From Lytechinus pictus (Eukaryota): a stretch of 64,000 bases of DNA. The stretch lies in NCBI RefSeq assembly GCF_037042905.1, contig NC_087251.1, positions 868,001 to 932,000 of the forward strand, given 5' to 3'. Under the pieces are notes generated by a model. The model made no database searches. It saw only the letters and a program-made list of their open reading frames with translations, and was not told the DNA's origin. A program made the position numbers and the translations under genes. Of this stretch, positions 1 through 13,343 are shown piece by piece. The first letter of the stretch is position 1, and every line of letters begins with the position of its first letter.

Positions 1-1368
1 TTAAATTGATAGTATTGATTAGAGTGATACATGATACCATGTGATGGCATCTGTTAACAGTATTCTTGAAGAATATGATGAGTGTGAACACTCCTTAGGC
101 TTATCAGATAATCTCTGATGCACAGTCATTGTCCTACTATCATAACCTATACATATTGTGACATCTCTGCCGACCTGTTTTGACATAAAACATTCCCAGC
201 AGTGGGGGTAGTAGCCAGTGAAACTGAAAATAAACACTTTTATGAGATCTCAAACACCTGAATGAATTGAAGACATTAACCATGATAGTAGACTTGATGA
301 ATGGTTATAGTGAGAGTGTTTACTTGTTCCTTCTGCCCACACATTGAGTGATATTATATTGCACAATCTTATGAGAACTGTCATGTTTGTGATAATGGAT
401 TATACATAGCTAAACATTCAAACTTCTATCTCCTATAAATCACTTTATATCTAAAAATATACATTGATGGAATGCTTTGTTTTACTTCTCTCTTCTCTCT
501 CATTTCATTTCACTGTTTGATTTTTTTAGGGGCGGCAAATAAATGCAAACTGTACATACATATATGTAAAGAACATTCTTTTAAACAGATAAAATTTTCC
601 TTCCTTAGAGGAAACGAAAATCCAAGAATGTTTAATCAATCTTAGAAGAAAGAATAAAATAAGAGAACTGAAATATACATGTAAAAGTATTGTATGTAGT
701 TTTATCAAAATCAGTTAAAAAAAAAAGAGAGGAATATGAATGTTTAAAAAGTCTTGTACTTTCCATGGGATCCTCAAATTTGAAAAATTGTTTAAATTGG
801 CTGATTTTGTAGACAACTCTCCATATGTTTTTTAACAACTTTAAGACCTTTTCCCATTATCTTTCAAATTGCATTTTGCCTTCTTCCGAGCAAAACTTAT
901 ATCATGGGGAAATACAATTCACACCACATGCATGTATGTCAAGTTCAGAAAGAGAAAATATGAAATTTGTAAAATAATTAATGTGTACAAAATGTTTGTC
1001 TAAAACAAATAAAGTCAGCCATTATGATGTATGTTTGCCAATTTGAGGATCCCTGTAGAAAGTGTTGCAAGACTTTCTAACTTCCTTTATTATCTAAGTT
1101 TATAACTGATTTTGATGGAGTTTGTTTTGAATTAATCCTTCCATTTTATTAAAAAAAATGAAATTCTCTCGTTGGGTTTAGTTACATTTGATTAAAAAGA
1201 AAACAGTATTGTATCTTTGATTCTGGTTATTATCATATTTTAAAGAAAGAAAGGAAAAAATTGAATGGTAATATTGTAATGACACTGAATTTTTTTTAAA
1301 TTGTCAATTAAAATCCTTAATTGATAATTGAGGTTATATATATATTTTTTTTGCTGTTCTCCTAACAG

Positions 1369-1528
1369 GAAGCTTGTTTGCCCTGACTGCATCCCTTGAA
1401 ATGATCACTGGTCTGCTAGCATCACTTATATTTAATGCTCTATACCCAGCTACTATAGACATTATTGGAGGTGGATTAGTCTTTATTCTCATGGCAGCTA
1501 TTCTTATACTTCCAGCTTTGCTGCTTAT
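1369..1528 (+). CDS. Exon of an SLC46-family (proton-coupled folate transporter / SLC46A3-like) MFS transporter, last two TM helices
   Basis: Acceptor ttctcctaacAG and donor GTAAGT. Translates (G)SLFALTASLEMITGLLASLIFNALYPATIDIIGGGLVFILMAAILILPALLL, which matches the SLC46 C-terminal signature GALF...IFNSLYPAT...F...A...LIP. Exact orthologue not assignable by eye. Confidence 0.9.
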
Positions 1529-1759
1529 GTAAGTTTATTTGATTAATTTGATGGATAGATGACATTATTTTGAAAGTGATGGAAGAGAGAGAGATGGAGA
1601 GTTGTGAAGTAGAATCTGACTGACATGGAACTTGTGATAGGATAACAATGCAAGCAAAATTGACTGACAAAGTTTAGGATGATGGAGAGTTTGTCAAAAG
1701 TGGTGAAGAGACTATGTGACAATTTGTGCATGCTTGCAAAAATTGAAAGATGCTGTAAA

Positions 1760-1892
1760 AGATGATAATAATAATGAATATGTTATTAATGGTGATGATC
1801 GTGAAGATGGTGGTGGTGGTAGGAATGATGATTATTATAATGGTGGTGATGATGATGTTTATGATGATGATAATGATCACTTCGATGATGGT
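1760..1892. repeat. Degenerate (GAT/GGT)n microsatellite
   Basis: Directly visible. Confidence 0.8.
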
Positions 1893-1956
1893 GCTTAAGT
1901 CTAAATTTAGGATTAGTACACAATTTACACATTCGACATGTGATAATAATGCAAGG

Positions 1957-3016
1957 TTTTTGTCTCGGCTGCATAGCAGAGTGAGACTATAGGCGCCACT
2001 TTTCCGATGGCGTCGTCAACATTAAAATCTTAACCAAGGTTAAATTTTTGAAATGTCATCATAAAATAGGAGGTAAATGGACCTAGTTCATGAAACTTAA
2101 AAATTGTGGGTAATCAAGTACATCTGAACATCCTGCCTGAGTTTCAGGTCACGTGACCAAGGTCAAAGGTCATGTAGGGTCAATGAATTTAGACCATGTT
2201 GGGGAATCAATATCAAAATCTTAACCAAGGTTAAGTTTTTGAAATGTCATCATAACTTAGAAAGTATATGGACCTAGTTCATGAAACTTAGAGTTATGGT
2301 GTATCAGTGAAGATCCTGCCAGAGTTTCAGTTTACATGACCAAGGTCTAAGGTCACTGAGGGTCAACAAAAATTTGGCCATGTTGGTGGTATTTGTGGAA
2401 TCGTCATCATAACTTACAAATTTTATGGATTTAGTTCATGAAACTTGGACATTTATAAGACAATCAAGTATCCCTAAACATCCTGTGCAAGATTCAGGTC
2501 ACATGACCAAGGTCAAGTCACATGACCAAGGTCAAAGGTAATTTAGGGTCAACAAACTTTGGTAATGTTGGGGGTATTTGTGGAATTGTCATAACTTTTA
2601 AAGTTTACAGATATAGTTAATGAAACTTGGACATAAGAGCAACCACGTATCCCTGAATATCTTGAGCGTGTTTCAAGTCACATGACCAAGATCAAAGGTC
2701 ACTAAGGTCAATGAACTTTGGCTGTGTTGGGGGTATTTGTTGAATTGGCGTCATAACTTAGAACGTTCATGGATCTACTAGTAGTTCATGTAACATAGAA
2801 ACAATGGTAATCAAGTATGAATTATTGTTTTGGACATGTTTTAGGTCATTTGATGATCATGGTCAAAAGTTATTTTGGGTCAATGGACATAGTATTTTAT
2901 TATCATATTAATGTTTTGTTTTGTGAATAATTATTCAATACCTGTTTTCAAAGTCAGCACTGGTGCTATATCTAATTGCGTAATGCAGGCGAGCCTATCA
3001 GAGGCATTCCACTTGT
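1957..3016. mobile_element. HINE/DINE-1-like non-autonomous Helentron element, family A
   Basis: Starts at a T-run with GTCTCGGCTGCAT plus a hairpin and ends ATGCAGGCGAG...CCACTTGT. Internal tandem units contain GTCACATGACCAAGGTCAAAGGTCA. Inverted copy of 50556-51901. Confidence 0.8.
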
Positions 3017-3240
3017 ATAAATGAAAAATTGCTATTCTAGCTTTATGATTTATGGATTGTGATAACATTAAAAAGAAAATTGTGCAAAATTACACCTCAT
3101 ACGTGTATGTATGAATCAATTAGTACAAACTGATTAAAATAGTGAAAAGGGGAAAGTAGGACAAGGTTTTTGAATAGAGGAACTTCAAAGTCAAAGCTTC
3201 TCTATTCTCTCTTTCACTCTATTTTTTTGTTGTTTGGAAG

Positions 3241-3343
3241 TGGATCGAGACTATTTTCTCACCATGTATTTCTAATCGCTTATGAGACCATGCATGAATG
3301 TATGTGTGAGCTTGACATTGATGAGATAGTGGATAGCAGATGA
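3241..3343 (+). CDS. Candidate alternative terminal exon of the SLC46-family gene
   Basis: Strong pyrimidine tract ending ggaAG. Phase matches exon 1369-1528 and gives (I)GSRLFSHHVFLIAYETMHECMCELDIDEIVDSR*. Confidence 0.3.
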
Positions 3344-4401
3344 TGTGTAGTATCTAGTTCCAAAGAAAACAAGAGGGTGGTAGTACACAGCCTTAGGGGA
3401 TGACAAACCATCAGTGACATAGACATGTGTGTTGGTAAGAAACTGAATGAATGCAGGAGCCTCAGGCTGCATCTCAAATACTCCAGGGGACTGTTTCACA
3501 ATACCATCCTAAGTGAAATTTACTGACTTATACAGCCACATGTTTCAATGGGTTATGCAAGAAGTTAGACCTTAAACAGTCTGTTGAAACGTGTACTTGA
3601 ATGATGAAGATGACAAAAGCAGAGGTGACATATGAGTGAAGGTTGACTTTAGGGTAAAATTATTTCATGGGGTGCGTGAAGTTAATAGTCATTCACTTTT
3701 AACTTGATTCTTGGTCATTCATATAGAATATTTTATCTAGATATTGTGTTCTCCTTGTCTCTCTGATTTATTTTGTTATAATTGTAATACCTATAGTCCC
3801 TTTTGTTCAAGTAAAAATCATTGTTAAGCTGTTCAACAGTTGACATTTCTATCTTATTGTTTGATTATGGTTTAATTTTCAATTAAAAAAATCCTTTCAC
3901 TCTCTAGTAAAATGAAATCTTTTATCTTTGTAAACTTCCCCATATTTTTTTCTCTATGGACCTGTGAATATTTGTAAGCAGAGGTCCAAGTTCACAACAC
4001 AACCTGAACAAAAGTTATAATCTTATATCTGAGTTTCCCCTCCAGCATTATTATATTAGTGAAGTACATGTAACCATCATCACTGTTATTTGTGGAATGT
4101 TATTTATTCTTCCACTGACCCAGCTTCAGAGTTTTTACATCTCTGAAGGGGGTAAAATACCAAAACTACCTTTTCCATATTCCCTGCATCGATAAATACC
4201 CCCAAAGCTGAATTCTAAAGCATGTCTTCAGTTTTTTCTTAATAAAGATTCAATTATTGAATTACATGTATGTTTGATTAATGATTGAACATCCAAATCT
4301 TAAAAACAACATTGTGATTATAATGATTAATTCTTTGTTTAAAAATGAATTTATTATTTACTTCAGATTAAAGCCAAATTAGAGGCCAAAAATAATATCC
4401 T

Positions 4402-4578
4402 CAGGGGGTCGTTTCATAAAGCTGTTCGTAAGTAAAGAGCAACTTTAAGAACGACTGGTGATCCTTTCTTGTGGTAAATGATATGTTCATTGTTGATTAC
4501 TTAGCGCCTAAGAAATGTTCACCAGTCGTTCTTAAAGTCACTCTTAACTTACGAACAGCTTTATAAAACACCCACCTG
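4402..4578. mobile_element. Small palindromic MITE
   Basis: TTTCATAAAGCTGTTCGTAAGT..AGAG arm mirrored by CTCTTAACTTACGAACAGCTTTATAAAA; CAGG...CCTG ends. Confidence 0.7.
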
Positions 4579-4629
4579 GACAGGGGTTTAAATTTGCATG
4601 GGCTAAAGTGCTAATTAATGAATTAATTA

Positions 4630-6079
4630 GGGGTGTTTCCATTTACTGACACCCCGATTTCTGACACCTCTGACACCCCTATTCTGACACCCCTTTTCCC
4701 CATTCACTTTTGTACACATAGTGAATATTCATTAGTGTCTCATGTATTTTTCATCAAAAAGAGGCGTGGTCACCTTCCCTTTCTGCAATTGGCTTTTATT
4801 GCTATTAAATATCAGTTTGCCATCAACGCTTCTTCGTATCGATTGTCCCCTTTTCATTTCGCGAAGAAAACGATATACCTTTTCAAAAACTGATGATGCT
4901 TGTTTAAATTTTAGCGAGAAAAGTTAGAAATTAGTAATTAATGAAGTGTGGTTTTCGATCCTGGGATATTTAAATGTTATGAATCTGACAAATATTTGTT
5001 CTCATAACCAAGTTTTTATTTCAAGTCATCATGGCTCATCGTCGCTTGCTATATGGGCATAAACCTGTACCAGGGTCTTGCCCTAGCGTTCCGCCAACCC
5101 TGCCGGGCCGGGGTCTGCCAGGGCTGGCCGCCAAGCTGCCTGGCTGGTTAATTTATGCCCTAGGTAAAACCCAGGATTAACATAGGTATGTTTTTCAAGG
5201 TTTGCAGGAGTGTGAGTGCAGTGAGTGCATAGTAGACCTATTTAGATTTTACTTCGTCATACACTAACGTTAGGCATATTACATTAAAATTAGCTTATTT
5301 GTGCTGTTACCATACCTAGAATTATTGACCAAATCTTGAAATCAGCCACCAGTCACCTCCCTATGTGCGCTTGCTTCATGTACAAAGTCTATTGGAGTGA
5401 ACACGGATAACGCGCACCAGCACTGATGAAATAAATGACAGTGAATGGACTAAGTGGCTGATTTTATGATATCGATAATGCAGATTTCTTCTTCTTGCGC
5501 GACAAACCTTTGTTAATCCTGGGTTTTACCTAAAACCCAGGGTATAAATCAACCAGCCAGGCGTCTGGGCTGCCAGCATTGGCAGACCCAGGCCCGGCAG
5601 TTGGCGGAACGCTACGACAAGATCCTGGTACAGTATCACGGGTGTTTATACCCATATAGCAAGTGACGACGAGCCACAATGACTTGAAAAAGAAACTTGG
5701 TTATGAGAACAAATATTCTTGAGATTCATAACATTTGAATATCCCAGGTTAAAAAACCACTCCTCAGAGAACATTAATCACTAATTTCTGAATTTTCTCG
5801 CTCAGAGTTAAACGAGCATTATTATTTCTCGAAAAAGTTTATCGTTTTCTTCGCGCAATGAAAGGTGACAATCACCGATATGAAGAAGAGTTGATGGCTA
5901 ATGGATATTCAATAGCAATAAAAGCAAATCACAGAAAGGGAATTTGGCCACGCCTCTTTTTGATATAAAAATACATGAGACACTAATTAATATTCACTAC
6001 GTGTACAAAAGTGAATGGGGAAAAGGGGTGTCAGAATAGGGGTGTCAGAAATTGGTGTGTCAGTAAATGGAAACACCTG
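4630..6079. mobile_element. 1.45-kb foldback non-autonomous DNA transposon with TA flanks (Tc1/mariner-like)
   Basis: TA-GGGGTGTTTCCATTTACTGACAC...TGTCAGTAAATGGAAACACCTG-TA; the two halves are reverse complements over most of their length; no ORF. Confidence 0.8.
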
Positions 6080-7995
6080 TAATTAATTTACCCTGGAAAA
6101 AAAGTTGGAAAACCATTAAGTGTTTTTTTAGAAGGTTTACAAATCAAATATTGGATGATCTCAATCTTGTAAGTGGCAAGGCAAACAAGTTTAAAACTTT
6201 AATTATCTAGTTTTATACTAGTCCTTATTCTGCTACTATAAAAGCTTTAATTATCTGATAAAAACCATTCCTCTTCCTAAGACTCCATCTTTCTCTGATC
6301 CATTCACACCTCATCTGTTGTTCCTGCTCCTTTCCATTTCTCAGTGGTCAGAAGGGTTTGATTAGTAGGTTTACCCACATAGGGGGAATTCTTCTTGGGG
6401 TAAATTAAGTTCTTTGAGTGGGGGCTGATATCAAACATGTCACCATGTCTGAGAGATGGAGCCCTCTTGGAGATTACACTTTCATGATGATAGAATCCAG
6501 TGCAGTAAATCCCTATGGCTTTGTACCAAATTATTGTACCCCTTTCATATATTAACTTCCAAAAGATTGCCAAAGCTGTCAAAGTATGGATTAGAATCCA
6601 GTGTCGAACCCAAAACACTGTTCATATAATTTCCATGGTTAAAGCTTGACCTGTTACAACAGATCAACTTCAAACTGAGTGTGTGCTGGTATGTTCATGG
6701 GAAACATTGGCATTATTTTAATAGCCAATTTGAAATATGAACAAAATCACATTTGAAATTTTTTTTTATTCGTTTGTGAGACCTTCAAGAATCTAAGATT
6801 TCTTCTTACACGTTCAAATTGCATGTCCAGATTAGTATATCTGATTCTAGCATTGAACCATCTATCACTAGTTGATGTAACACTCATTAACATGATTATT
6901 GTAAAACACATTCACTTTATTTGAAGTGCTTATGCATAATTTAGTTTCAAAGGCATAGTAGGCCTACTTATGCATGTACAAAATATAAATGAAATCATAC
7001 ATGTATGTATCATGAATTGATAGTAAATATGGTGAGGGTAGAAATGTTTTAGCAATCAGCATCAAAAGATTATCAATAATTTTAAGTTCTAAAGATGCAA
7101 AATATTGTCAAATTCATGAAGAGAACATTCTCTGTTTATCTTTCATATTGTTGGGAATTGATCTTTTTCTTAGGAAATTATTTGGAAGCGAGGTGAATCC
7201 TCATCGCTTTTTGTTGGTTGGATGGAGGGGCAAAATATCTTCAAATTCATGAAGAGAACATTCTCTGTTTATCTTTCATATTCATGTTTGACACATGGAA
7301 GTTATTTTCAAAATATTGCTGTGAAGCTGATGGGTCAAAGGTCATGGTCACGGTTAATGTCATTGGCATATATTGCGGATGGACTCCAGATGCCCCCTGT
7401 ATACCCTGAGCTACCCCATCTCATCATCATCATCAGTAACACCTCCCCCTGGGGGGTAACAGTCTGATCCCTCCCTCATCTTACCACAGTAACAAATTCA
7501 AGGTACACACCACCCCTAGGGGTTACTAAAGAGCACCCCAGCGGAACATGGGGTTAAGAGTTCATGACCAGAAAAAGGTATGTTTAAAGTTCAAATAGAA
7601 AGGATGCTAATCAAGTTTTTGTAGTGTCGATTGAAAGAAACAGAACTAGATTTAGGATACTGTATAAGGATAAAATTATCAAGTATTTGGAATTTTTTAA
7701 ACACCAAATTGTAGTAATAATGTGTTTCTAAAATCTAAATGATCCTATTCAATTACAATGTTTGCTCACTCTCTGTAAGTGTAATAAAAATTTTCACCAG
7801 TTTGCCTTTGTAAATTGGTTCTGTAGTGGGTTATCTTTATCTTTTTGTTATAATAACATCAAATGTGAAACACACCCTTTATTACCAGTATACACATGTA
7901 CCAGTATTTATTTTATTTTCATTTATTTATTTTGTTGGGGGGATTACTTCTCCCAACCTAATGGCTGAATCTGCAATATTGGGGAAGCATTATCG

Positions 7996-8382
7996 CAGAC
8001 CTGCCAACCAGTACGTTTTTGGCGTATTTAGTACGTTTTTGCAACCAAAATACGGCAGTACGTTTTTTCTTTTAAAAATATGTTATTGTAAAAATAGAAA
8101 ATAATTTTTTTTTTTAAATCGTAATTTATTGAGAAAAATCATCTCTATATGTCTCTATTTCATTAAACTTACACAAATATGGTTATTAGATCAATGTAAT
8201 TTCAGGCAACTTTTTTTTTTTCTCATTTGCAAGAGCAGTGCGCATTTTAGCTTGCATGCAGCTTGAGCGCCGCAATGAGCGAGTGTGCCACGCATTTTAT
8301 TATGAAATACACTTTTTTTGGGAAAAATGCACTTTTTTTATCACAGAATACACTTTTTCATTCCCAGAGGTTGGCAGGTCTG
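7996..8382. mobile_element. MITE with CAGACCTGCCAACC TIRs (hAT-like)
   Basis: Perfect 14-bp TIR; target-site duplication not clear. Confidence 0.65.
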
Positions 8383-9034
8383 TCATAACGTTGCAGTAAT
8401 TGGGAATCTTCCACTGCTTGTTTGAGCATTTAGGAGCCTCCATTTAATTTTTTTCTGTGGTATATGAAAACTGCAATGTGTTTAATATTGGATAGAGCTT
8501 TATCTGCATTGGAATATGAAAGTTGGTTGGGTGGGGGTGGTGGTGGTGGGTATACAAAATTGTGGTCTTGTATTTGTGTTTCTGCAACAAATTTGTTTGT
8601 TTTGATAGTAGAAGGTTGATTGACTAGGTCCCCTGGATAGGATAATTGGATGGGTCCTGTCTTGTGGGTTGGTCTGAAAGTCCTAGCCTCTCTCCGGGAC
8701 AATCAAATTTGATGTGTCAGCTGGGACTATCTGGGAGTCCATTGCCATAGCTTCCCTGCTGTGTTCCAGGATCATGACCAAGCAGTTGATTAAAGACAAT
8801 CTCTACCAGTTTTTCTTGAAAGCTAAATTATTCAAACCAATTGGTAATTCTGTAACGTCTTCTAATAAAAAAAATATCTGAATATTTCATCTTCTCTCAC
8901 CCATTAAAAAAAAAATCCCTGCTGTACAACTTTTGTAATATATAAAAAGATCTAAATCCAAGTGTTCCTCTGTATATTGGAGATTCTCTTATCTGGACCC
9001 CTTGCAAATTGGAGACTCAATCTAATTACACCAG

Positions 9035-9213
9035 CAGGGGCCGCGGAACCGGGGGGGGGGGGGGGGGCTGGGGGGGCTTCAGCCCCCCCACTTTTTTCAA
9101 AAACCGTGTACAAAAACGTAAAAATTGACCATATGATTGTGATTTGTTAGCATGGTCAGCCCCCCCACTTTTGGCTCAGCCCCCCCACTTTGAAAACCGT
9201 TCCGCGGCCCCTG
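9035..9213. mobile_element. GC-rich MITE with CAGGGGCCGCGGAAC TIR and 6-bp TSD
   Basis: Perfect 15-bp TIR flanked by CACCAG on both sides. Confidence 0.8.
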
Positions 9214-9959
9214 CACCAGGATGCACCCCTCACAAGTAGGGGACATGATATTCTCCGACGTCAAGGGTTATCCTTTATATTTCAAAGCAATTTCCATGCA
9301 GATAGAATGTACATAATACCAACAAAAAGGTGTGCTTCATTACACTAAAATAATATACAGTTGTCAGTCATCATGCATGATTAGAAACAACATCTGCAAT
9401 TTCTTCCTTATAGATATCGAGTCTATCTTTTTCAAATCAATGGTATAAATATCTGAGGTTTATCAGGTTACAATAGGTTAAAGGTACATTCTTATGCCAC
9501 CTTGGGGAACATTTAACATTATTATCATGACAAATTATCTATTGTAAATACACTTCTGTTCTGCACCTAGTATTACATTGCATACTTGATCTAGAAAATA
9601 ACTTTAAAACAAAATCTTTAGAACCAGCGGGATCTGAACTGTCATTTTCTGACTGCCAGTCAGTGACTCAACCACCAGACTATTTATACTGGTTCATTTT
9701 ACAGTCATTATAAATTGAGAACCTTAGAACCTGTGTTTTTGTTTTTTTCAGTCGGTCCTAGACCATTGAATAGAAACCTAGATTATTATCCAGTGATGGA
9801 TATTACAAACATTTGATTTGAATTCTAAGAAATTGAAAATACATTTTAGGCAGAATACACTTGGAAATATGTATAATATTAACCTATTCATATTCCAGAG
9901 TAAGAGAAGGAGATCCCAAGAAAATGGCTTTTAGGCAATTTGAAGGATTTGAGTCTCTA

Positions 9960-10347
9960 GGGCTGTCTGCACCAGCCCAAGTTTTCAAATAATTGTGCTT
10001 TTTCTGATCGGCAAATTATCCTGATCTGAACAATCTCAAGATTATTTATGATGGAGACGCAATCATCGCGATTAGTTCGCTGGATTAATCTAAAGATTGC
10101 CATCCTACATGTAAGTCAACTTAGGATCATTTGCAAAATAGCGCGCTATTTACATGTGCAGACGCACTCGGGATTATTTATTCGCAGTGTCACATAATGC
10201 ATAATGCATTGATGCCTCGCTCGAGCACGAATTGTTCTTCTTGCGCTGGTGAAGATGGGGTTTCTTGAATCTAGAGATTAATCGCGAAGAGGGCTGATTG
10301 GGCTAAAATCTCGAGATTGAGCAAACTCGGGCTGGTGCAGCACTGGC
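9960..10347. mobile_element. Palindromic MITE
   Basis: CTGCACCAGCCCAAGTTT...AAACTCGGGCTGGTGCAG ends, with internal inverted CAATCTC(A/G)AGAT and CGCGATTA motifs. Confidence 0.55.
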
Positions 10348-10689
10348 TTCGGTCAAAATAATTTTTGATGCAAGTATTAACATCAGATAATATGAAAAGG
10401 GTCACAAAATGAGCATGCAAATGTACAAAGTGAATGGAATGGGAGCTTGGAAGGTCTAAATTACAGATCTTCTATTAAATACCAGGATGAATTTATCAAA
10501 CTTATTTCAAGCAAAGAGGGTGGGGGCAACAGCTTTACCCCTCCCTTCACCACCAAAATGAATAATACCCCTTTCATACTGCGCTTTTCCCCTGCGCAGT
10601 TCGCCAGCGAAGGGGAAAGTATCCAGTATGAGAGGTACACAGGAGAACTTCCCCGGCGAACTTCTCCACCTCTAGAGGTGGAGAACGAT

Positions 10690-10900
10690 TGATTGTGATA
10701 ATGATTATGATGATGATGGTGATGATGCTGATGGTGATGATAATAATGATAATGATGTTGATGATGATGATGATGATGATGATGATGTTGATGATGATGA
10801 TGAAGATGATAATGATGATGATGGTGATGATAACTATGGTGATGACAACGATGAAGATGATGACAATGAGAATGGTGATGATGATGATGATGATGATGAA
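10690..10900. repeat. (GAT)n microsatellite
   Basis: Directly visible; adjacent to a SINE/LINE-tail-like remnant at ~10912-10956. Confidence 0.9.
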
Positions 10901-11874
10901 ACTAATTATGTGACTTATAAAGCGCCAAATATACTTTGTAGAGTGCTCAAGGCACTCTTTTTTAAGAAGGCAGTTGTGCAAAGTAGGGCGTGCATGAGCA
11001 AAGGATCTTTTCCTCCAGGTTTTGTAGAAATAGCATGTTACTCGTTTGTTAAGGGTTTACCATTTACCATCACTGTTGTAGGGGACACCATTCTGGTTAC
11101 AGGGAGTGATTAGTAAATATTGTGTGATAATGAGATTGGCCTGAAACAGATTTGTTTTGGATTAAATCAAGCTGGCATTTGGACCTATCTGGGAGTCCAT
11201 CTCCTGCTGGGTCATGCTAGTGATGAGAACAACTGAGCTGAACTAAAGGAAATTAGATTAGATGAAAAACACTTTCTATAAACCATCATTTAATCTATCT
11301 GGGAGGGTGGTGATTTTCAAAAGATGTTTAACTTTTTTTTATTGCATTGTATTTGTTTTCTAACTTATTTAAATAAAAAAAATTGTGTCAGTGATCATCA
11401 GAATTATCTGTTTTCAGCTAAGATTTCATGATTTCACAAAGATAAGTTTATTTCAGGGTGTCAGAACTAGATCTATGATAATATGGTAACATTTAACCTT
11501 GATTTTGATTTTTCTCATGAAGTTATTGTTTGCTGCAACTACTCTTTTTTTACTTTTAAACAAGTGTAAACCCTCTCAAACATTAAACATGAAAATCCAG
11601 ACCTGTGTTGGGGAAAAGACACCCTAAACACAACACCCCCTATTTTTGTCTCTAAAAACAATGTTCCAATTTTATCCCTCTGTAAAGGGGAATTTTTAAA
11701 GTGTAAAGTGAACCTCTGATTGCATGTGTGTACAGCAGTATTATTTTATTGAGCCTTTTTATTTCCTGTGGATGATAATTGTACATTTTACTATTCAGAA
11801 TTATGAAGGTGTTGTTATTCAAAGTTTTTAATTGATGGTCTCTTTCTCTCTCTCTCTCTCTCTCTCCTTTGCAG

Positions 11875-11927
11875 AGTGATATGGCGCATTCAAAAGCTGA
11901 CTATAGCGTATGTTGAATACAATGAAG
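11875..11927 (+). CDS. Probable next exon of the SLC46-family gene (end of last TM, start of cytosolic tail)
   Basis: Long (CT)n tract ending ttgcAG, donor AG|GTAACG. Phase matches exon 1369-1528 and gives (I)VIWRIQKLTIAYVEYNE. Confidence 0.65.
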
Positions 11928-13093
11928 GTAACGCTACCAACATCTATGGAGATACATAATGCAACCCTTATTATCAAACCCATAATACATGATGTGAGTT
12001 TCTCTGTCACAAACTGCATGTAAAATTGTAATTGTGTTCACCTGTCCTTCCTTCATATAAATCTTATTGGTGGTTTACTAATTTCTCCTCAAATATGTTA
12101 CTCTTTTGGTACTTTAAGAAGGATTTACAAGTATGAAATGAACACAGATTTTTATTGATTAGCATTTCTTGAGAAAATCTAAAAGAATTCAACACAAAGA
12201 AAGGATGAAGAATCAAACATAATGCAAGTCTTATATTGTTGTGTACAGAAACCTGATGTACTAGTTTGTGTTTAATTCTCAGATCTATCCATTTGATCTG
12301 ATTGATGTTACATGGAGGTGTTATTATGGCCGATGTCCTACTTGTGATTATTTTTTTTTCACCTGGTATTCTATTAAAACTACATGTATTTTAATAAATT
12401 TTCTGTGACTTTCTTACTTCTGCACATTTGCCTTTAAAAAAATTGTACAATGCCTAGATTATTATTTTTTTCTCACATAAAACTTTCTTTATTGATGACC
12501 TGTAAAGAAGGGCCACCCGTCACTAATTGTCCCCATTGAAACATGTACATTACAAAAACCTCTCATCAAATACTACCTCCATTGGGTAGTCCTTGTTTAA
12601 TTATCTTATCCATTTCCCATATTATTTTTGTCTGCATATTTGTCTTTTGGATTGTGTGTGATCTCTTCCATTAGTTCCTATATTATTTTCATTCCTTTAT
12701 CTTTCTTCATTCAATTTCTCATAACTTTTTTCTTTTCCATCTTTCAGCTTCCTTGCCATCTTTTATCACTTCCAAATTAGCACAGCATTGTCTTTCATGA
12801 CGTAAATGTGTGGTACTTTCCTATTATACTTATTAATCCCATATATTTGTATATCTGTCGTTATCCCCCTTTTGTTAATCTGCACCTTTCATCTTGCTAC
12901 ATCTCAATAATACCATCTTCAGTCAGCATCCACTATCATGATTCCTGAAAACATGTCTCTGTTCTTTGTGTGTTTTGTTTCCCTTCCCTATGTGACACCT
13001 TCACTTTACTCTAAAGCTTCAGGTATGTAGTGTGTTGATGCATTGAGCTTTACCAACTAACACTCACTCTGTCTCATGTGAAATGACTCCTGC

Positions 13094-13343
13094 TTTTTAT
13101 ACGCCTGTCCTAGACGGGACTATTGTAAATGGTTTCATGCTCAGTGTCCGTCTGTCCATCTGTCTGTCCGTCCGTTAACTTTTCCGTGTAAACGCGATAA
13201 TTTAAACTTAACCTAGGCTCATACAAATTTGGTGCGTATGATACTAGCATGGATCCCAGGAAGCGTATTGATTTTGAGGTCAAAGGGTCACAGCGACATG
13301 TTTTCATTTTACCCTTCTGAAGTCCTTGTAAACTGATGAACAT
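13094..13343. mobile_element. HINE family B fragment, inverted
   Basis: TTTTTATACGCCTGTCCTAGACGGG terminus, (TGTC/CGTC)n tract and one internal unit; reverse complement of the 3' part of 27351-28079. Confidence 0.75.

Noticed and set aside
640..1175. Inverted repeat (GGATCCTCAAATT / AATTTGAGGATCC) as a structured RNA
   Set aside because: Most simply a decayed palindromic MITE; its termini cannot be defined.
9625..9685. tRNA-like sequence on the minus strand
   Set aside because: Only degenerate A/B-box remnants; probably a decayed SINE head and too weak to call.
10574..10981. Poly-I and poly-M ORFs (also at 1674-1992 and 20985-21236)
   Set aside because: Artefacts of (GAT)n/(CAT)n microsatellites.
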